The position numbers were made by a program, and so were the translations under genes. From positions 28,892,001-28,956,000 of the forward strand of contig NC_091474.1 of the NCBI RefSeq assembly GCF_036971445.1: 64,000 nt of DNA, read 5' to 3'. Position 1 is the first letter of the stretch, and every line of letters starts with the position of its first letter. The DNA comes from Narcine bancroftii. Lineage: Eukaryota. Below, piece by piece: positions 60,645 through 64,000 of this stretch. The notes beneath the pieces were generated by a model, which was not told the origin of the DNA, did not search any database, and saw only the letters and a program-made list of their open reading frames with translations.

Positions 60645-61966
60645 GTTCTCCCCCACTCTCCCTCCTACTCCCCTCCAACCTTCCCCTGCTTCTTTCCGCC
60701 CTTCCTCAATCCTCCTAATCTCCTTCCCAACCCCTCCCTCCCTCACATCCCCTCCCACCCCACCTCTCACTCCCATGCACACCTCCCTCCTCTTACCTCT
60801 CCCTCTCCACACTCCTCCCCTCATTCCCATTGTCCCACCCTCCCTCTCCCACTAACTCTACATGTCTCTTCTCCCCTTCCCCTCCTCACCCACTCCCTCC
60901 TCTCTCCTCCCACCCCCTTCCCACCTAACCCCTCTTCCTTCCCTCCCCCTCCCTCTCCCCTCTCCCCATCCCCTCCCTCCTCTCCTCCCCTCACCCCCTC
61001 TTTCTCCCTCAACCCCTCTTCCCTCCCCTCCCCTCCTCCTCCTCCCTCCCCTTCTCCCTCCACTTCCCCTTCCCCTTCTCCCTCCCCTTCCCCTTCTCCC
61101 TCCCCTTCCCCTTCTCCCTCCCCTTCCCCTTCTCCCTCCCCTTCCCCTTCTCCCTCCCCTTCCCCTTCTCCCTCCCCTTCCCCTTCTCCCTCCCCTTCCC
61201 CTTCTCCCTCCCCTTCCCCTTCTCCCTCCCCTTCCCCTTCTCCCTCCCCTTCCCCTTCTCCCTCCCCTTCTCCCTCCCCTTCCCCTTCTCCCTCCCCTTC
61301 CCCTTCTCCCTCCCCTTCCCCTTCTCCCTCCCCTTCCCCTTCTCCCTCCCCTTCCCCTTCTCCCTCCCCTTCCCCTTCTCCCTCCCCTTCCCCTTCTCCC
61401 TCCCCTTCCCCTTCTCCCTCCCCTTCCCCTTCTCCCTCCCCTTCCCCTTCTCCCTCCCCTTCCCCTTCTCCCTCCCCTTCCCCTTCTCCCTCCCCTTCCC
61501 CTTCTCCCTCCCCTTCCCCTTCTCCCTCCCCTTCCCCTTCTCCCTCCCCTTCCCCTTCTCCCTCCCCTTCCCCTTCTCCCCCCCTTCCCCTTCTCCCCCC
61601 TTCCCCTTCTCCCTCCCCTTCCCCTTCTCCCTCCCCTTCCCCTTCTCCCTCCCCTTCCCCTTCTCCCTCCCCTTCCCCTTCTCCCTCCCCTTCCCCTTCT
61701 CCCTCCCCTTCCCCTTCTCCCTCCCCTTCCCCTTCTCCCTCCCCTTCCCCTTCTCCCTCCCCTTCCCCTTCTCCCTCCCCTTCCCCTTCTCCCTCCCCTT
61801 CCCCTTCTCCCTCCCCTTCCCCTTCTCCCTCCCCTTCCCCTTCTCCCTCCCCTCCCTCTTCTCCCTCCCCTCCCTCTTCCCCTCCCTCTTCCCCTTCCCT
61901 CCCCATCCTCTTCTCCTTCTTCTTCCTCTTCTCCTTCTTCTCCCTCTCCCATTTCCCTCTCTCCCC
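60645..61966. repeat. 1.3-kb polypyrimidine tract with 18-bp tandem core (CCCCTTCCCCTTCTCCCT)
   Basis: Near-pure C/T strand; about 43 regular units between about 61065 and 61850. Confidence 0.97.
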
Positions 61967-62449
61967 TAGCTTGCACTGTAAAATGTAAAGCCTTGTGCTG
62001 GCCAGCAGCTTGTGTTTCACAGTGCCCGCCTCTCGGGTAACAACTGAGCTGGAACATTGGGATCAGTGTCAGTTCCGTATGCCATGGGCTTCCTTGGATG
62101 TGAAATGTGGGGGAAGGCTCCAGGGGTCCAGGGAAGAGGCTGGTGGAACAGCTGAACAATCACACAGGAAGGATGCAAAGACAGGAATGGAACGGTACGG
62201 GTCAGTGAGGCAGCAGGGAGACAGGCGACCGAGGAATTTGAAGGCAAGTACAACAAGGGTGGAGTGGGGGCCTAGGGCAGTGTGGGTCAGGAAACATTGT
62301 GGGTTGGGGGCAATGTGAGTCAGGGGAGGCAGTTCGGGACGGGGAAGTGACACAGGGACATTGAGGGTCGGGGGCAGTGTGATTTGGGGCAGTGGGTCAG
62401 GGGGCAGTGTGGGTCAGAGGCACAGAGGGTCTGGGGACAGTGAGGGTCA

Positions 62450-63245
62450 ATTCCCTGAGCTTTAGCATAGCTATGAATAAGCATAAAAGGAGACAAAATG
62501 GGAAAGTGTTTAATTGGGGAAGGGCTAATTACATTGGGATGAGGCAGGAACTAGTGAGAGTAAATTGGGAACAGGTGTTCAAGGGTGAAAGCACAGAACT
62601 AATGTGGAGGAAGTTCAGGGACCATTTGTGTTGGGTTCTGGATAGGTTTATTCCAATTGGACAGGGGAACGATGGTCAGAAAAGGGATCAGTGGTTGACC
62701 AAACATGTGAGGCAGCTAGTGAAAAGGAAGAAGGAAGCGGGAAACAGGAAGGGGTCATGAGAAGTATATGGTAGCAGGAGGGAGGTTAAGAAAGTACTTA
62801 GGAGAGCTCGAAGGGTAGGATGACGAGAATGAAGGTGGAGCTGCTAAAGGATATAGGAGGCAACATGTGTCTGGAGATGGAGGAGGTTGGAGAGGTCCTA
62901 AATGAATACTTTGCTTCAGAATTCACAAGACAAAAGGACCTTGATCAGGGTGAGGTCAGAATAGATCAGGCCTGCCTGCTGGACAATCTGGAGATTAAGG
63001 AAGAGAAAGTGTTGGATCTTCTTAGAAATATCAAGTCCCCAGGTCAAACGCGATGTACCCAAAGTTGCTGTGGAAATTGATGGAAGAGATATCTGGGGCA
63101 ATAGCTATGATCTTTGAGTCCTCTTTGACCGCCAAATTGGTGCTAGAGGATTGGAGAATGCCAAATGTGGTCCCTTTGTTTAAAAAAGATAATCCTGGGA
63201 TTTATAGACCAGTGAGACTTACATCAGTAGTGTGCAAACTATTGG
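62450..63245 (+). mobile_element. CR1 LINE ORF2 fragment
   Basis: Peptides FNWGRANY, EVLNEYFASEFT, EDWRMPNVVPLFKK and YRPVRLTSVVCKL; resumes at about 63511-63620. Confidence 0.85.
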
Positions 63246-63249
63246 TACT

Positions 63250-63509
63250 CAGGCGTTGGGAGCTCTGGTGTAAGCTGAGGGGAGGATTCAGAGTCGGGTG
63301 TTAGGAGCTCCTGGCACCCAACTCTGAAGGCCAAACCCTCCCATCAGCAGTCGGCCTACAGTTGCATACTGTAGGTCTCAACACCAATTCTGAACCCTCC
63401 CCTCAGCTTACCTGAATTGTGGGGCATAATTTGCTCTCCTCAACAGCACCCCTCTGAGGTCTGCTCCCTAGCTGTCTGCCAAGTTGGCCTAATGGTAGTG
63501 CCGGTCCTG
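63250..63509. mobile_element. Hairpin-rich putative hAT-type MITE fragment
   Basis: Ends ...GGCCTAATGGTAGTGCCGGTCCTG, contains nested inverted repeats and interrupts a CR1. Confidence 0.45.
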
Positions 63510-63621
63510 AATCTATGAGCATTTGGAGAAGTACAGTCTACTCAGGGATAGTCAGCATGATATTGTGGAGGGAATGTCATGCCTCAGGAGGAAACAAAAG
63601 AAGATGATGGTAAATGTGGTC

Positions 63622-64000
63622 TGTTACAAGATCAAAACAGCAACCACAAAGAAGGCATATCACACAGGGGTAAAGATGAACAATTACTTTAGCAACAAAA
63701 ATTCACCTTCAAACTTTAATTCAAAAATCCCCCCTTTTTATAACAATGCCCACTGGTTACTATGAAAATCTCTATAACAGTGTAAAACTAATAAATTCCC
63801 CAGCCTAAATATAAATATACGTATTCAAAGTTTGAGCTACACTTCCAACCAGCCCACAGAAAAACTTACACAAAACAAAATTCAGTTTGTTTGGTAAACT
63901 GAAGCCAAAAGATCTTTGAGAGAGAGAGAACATAAAATTCGAAGTTGTCTTGTGTTGCTTGGTCTGGATCCTTCTGGCTACTTTCGGAATGTTCATCCTT
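63622..64000 (-). mobile_element. LTR, same family as 27622-28340 (runs off the window)
   Basis: TGTTACAAGATCAAAACAGCAACCACAAAGAAGG...CACACAGGGGTAAAGATGAACAATTAC is the reverse complement of the 3' end of the solo LTR. Confidence 0.88.

Noticed and set aside
60627-62159. 390-450 aa (SP)n, (GE)n and RGG ORFs
   Set aside because: Artefacts of the polypyrimidine repeat.
2620-64000. EEF1A2, the upstream neighbour of KCNQ2 in mammals
   Set aside because: No eEF1A peptide was recognised in any ORF; it may lie outside the window.

Overview
Eukaryotic, vertebrate genomic DNA; the repeat families (V-SINE, CR1, RTE, Rex/Babar, Penelope-like) suggest a cartilaginous fish (inference). The window holds the first coding exon and CpG-island promoter of KCNQ2 (minus strand, 1968-2272), a 1.8-kb G-rich minisatellite at the start of intron 1, and about 60 kb of TE-dense upstream sequence. 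That sequence includes five RTE LINE copies, L1, CR1 and Rex/Babar remnants, two Gypsy proviruses, solo LTRs, hAT elements and several tandem arrays. Notable observations: (1) about 11 dispersed Penelope-type pseudo-LTRs carry a minimal type-I hammerhead ribozyme motif with a U3 core variant and a loopless ACGU stem III; (2) an intron-containing RPLP1 paralog has intact splice sites but a frameshift that removes the conserved DDDMGFGLFD tail; (3) a Gypsy provirus has a PBS complementary to its own LTR rather than to a tRNA (self-priming signature); (4) the KCNQ2 exon-1 end and donor site are duplicated beyond the minisatellite; (5) RTE insertions show a twin-priming-type 5' inversion and a 55-bp TSD; (6) a tandem array carries 19 AP-1 sites. 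Most long ORFs in the track are artefacts of simple repeats. All calls were made by eye and boundaries of degenerate repeats are approximate.
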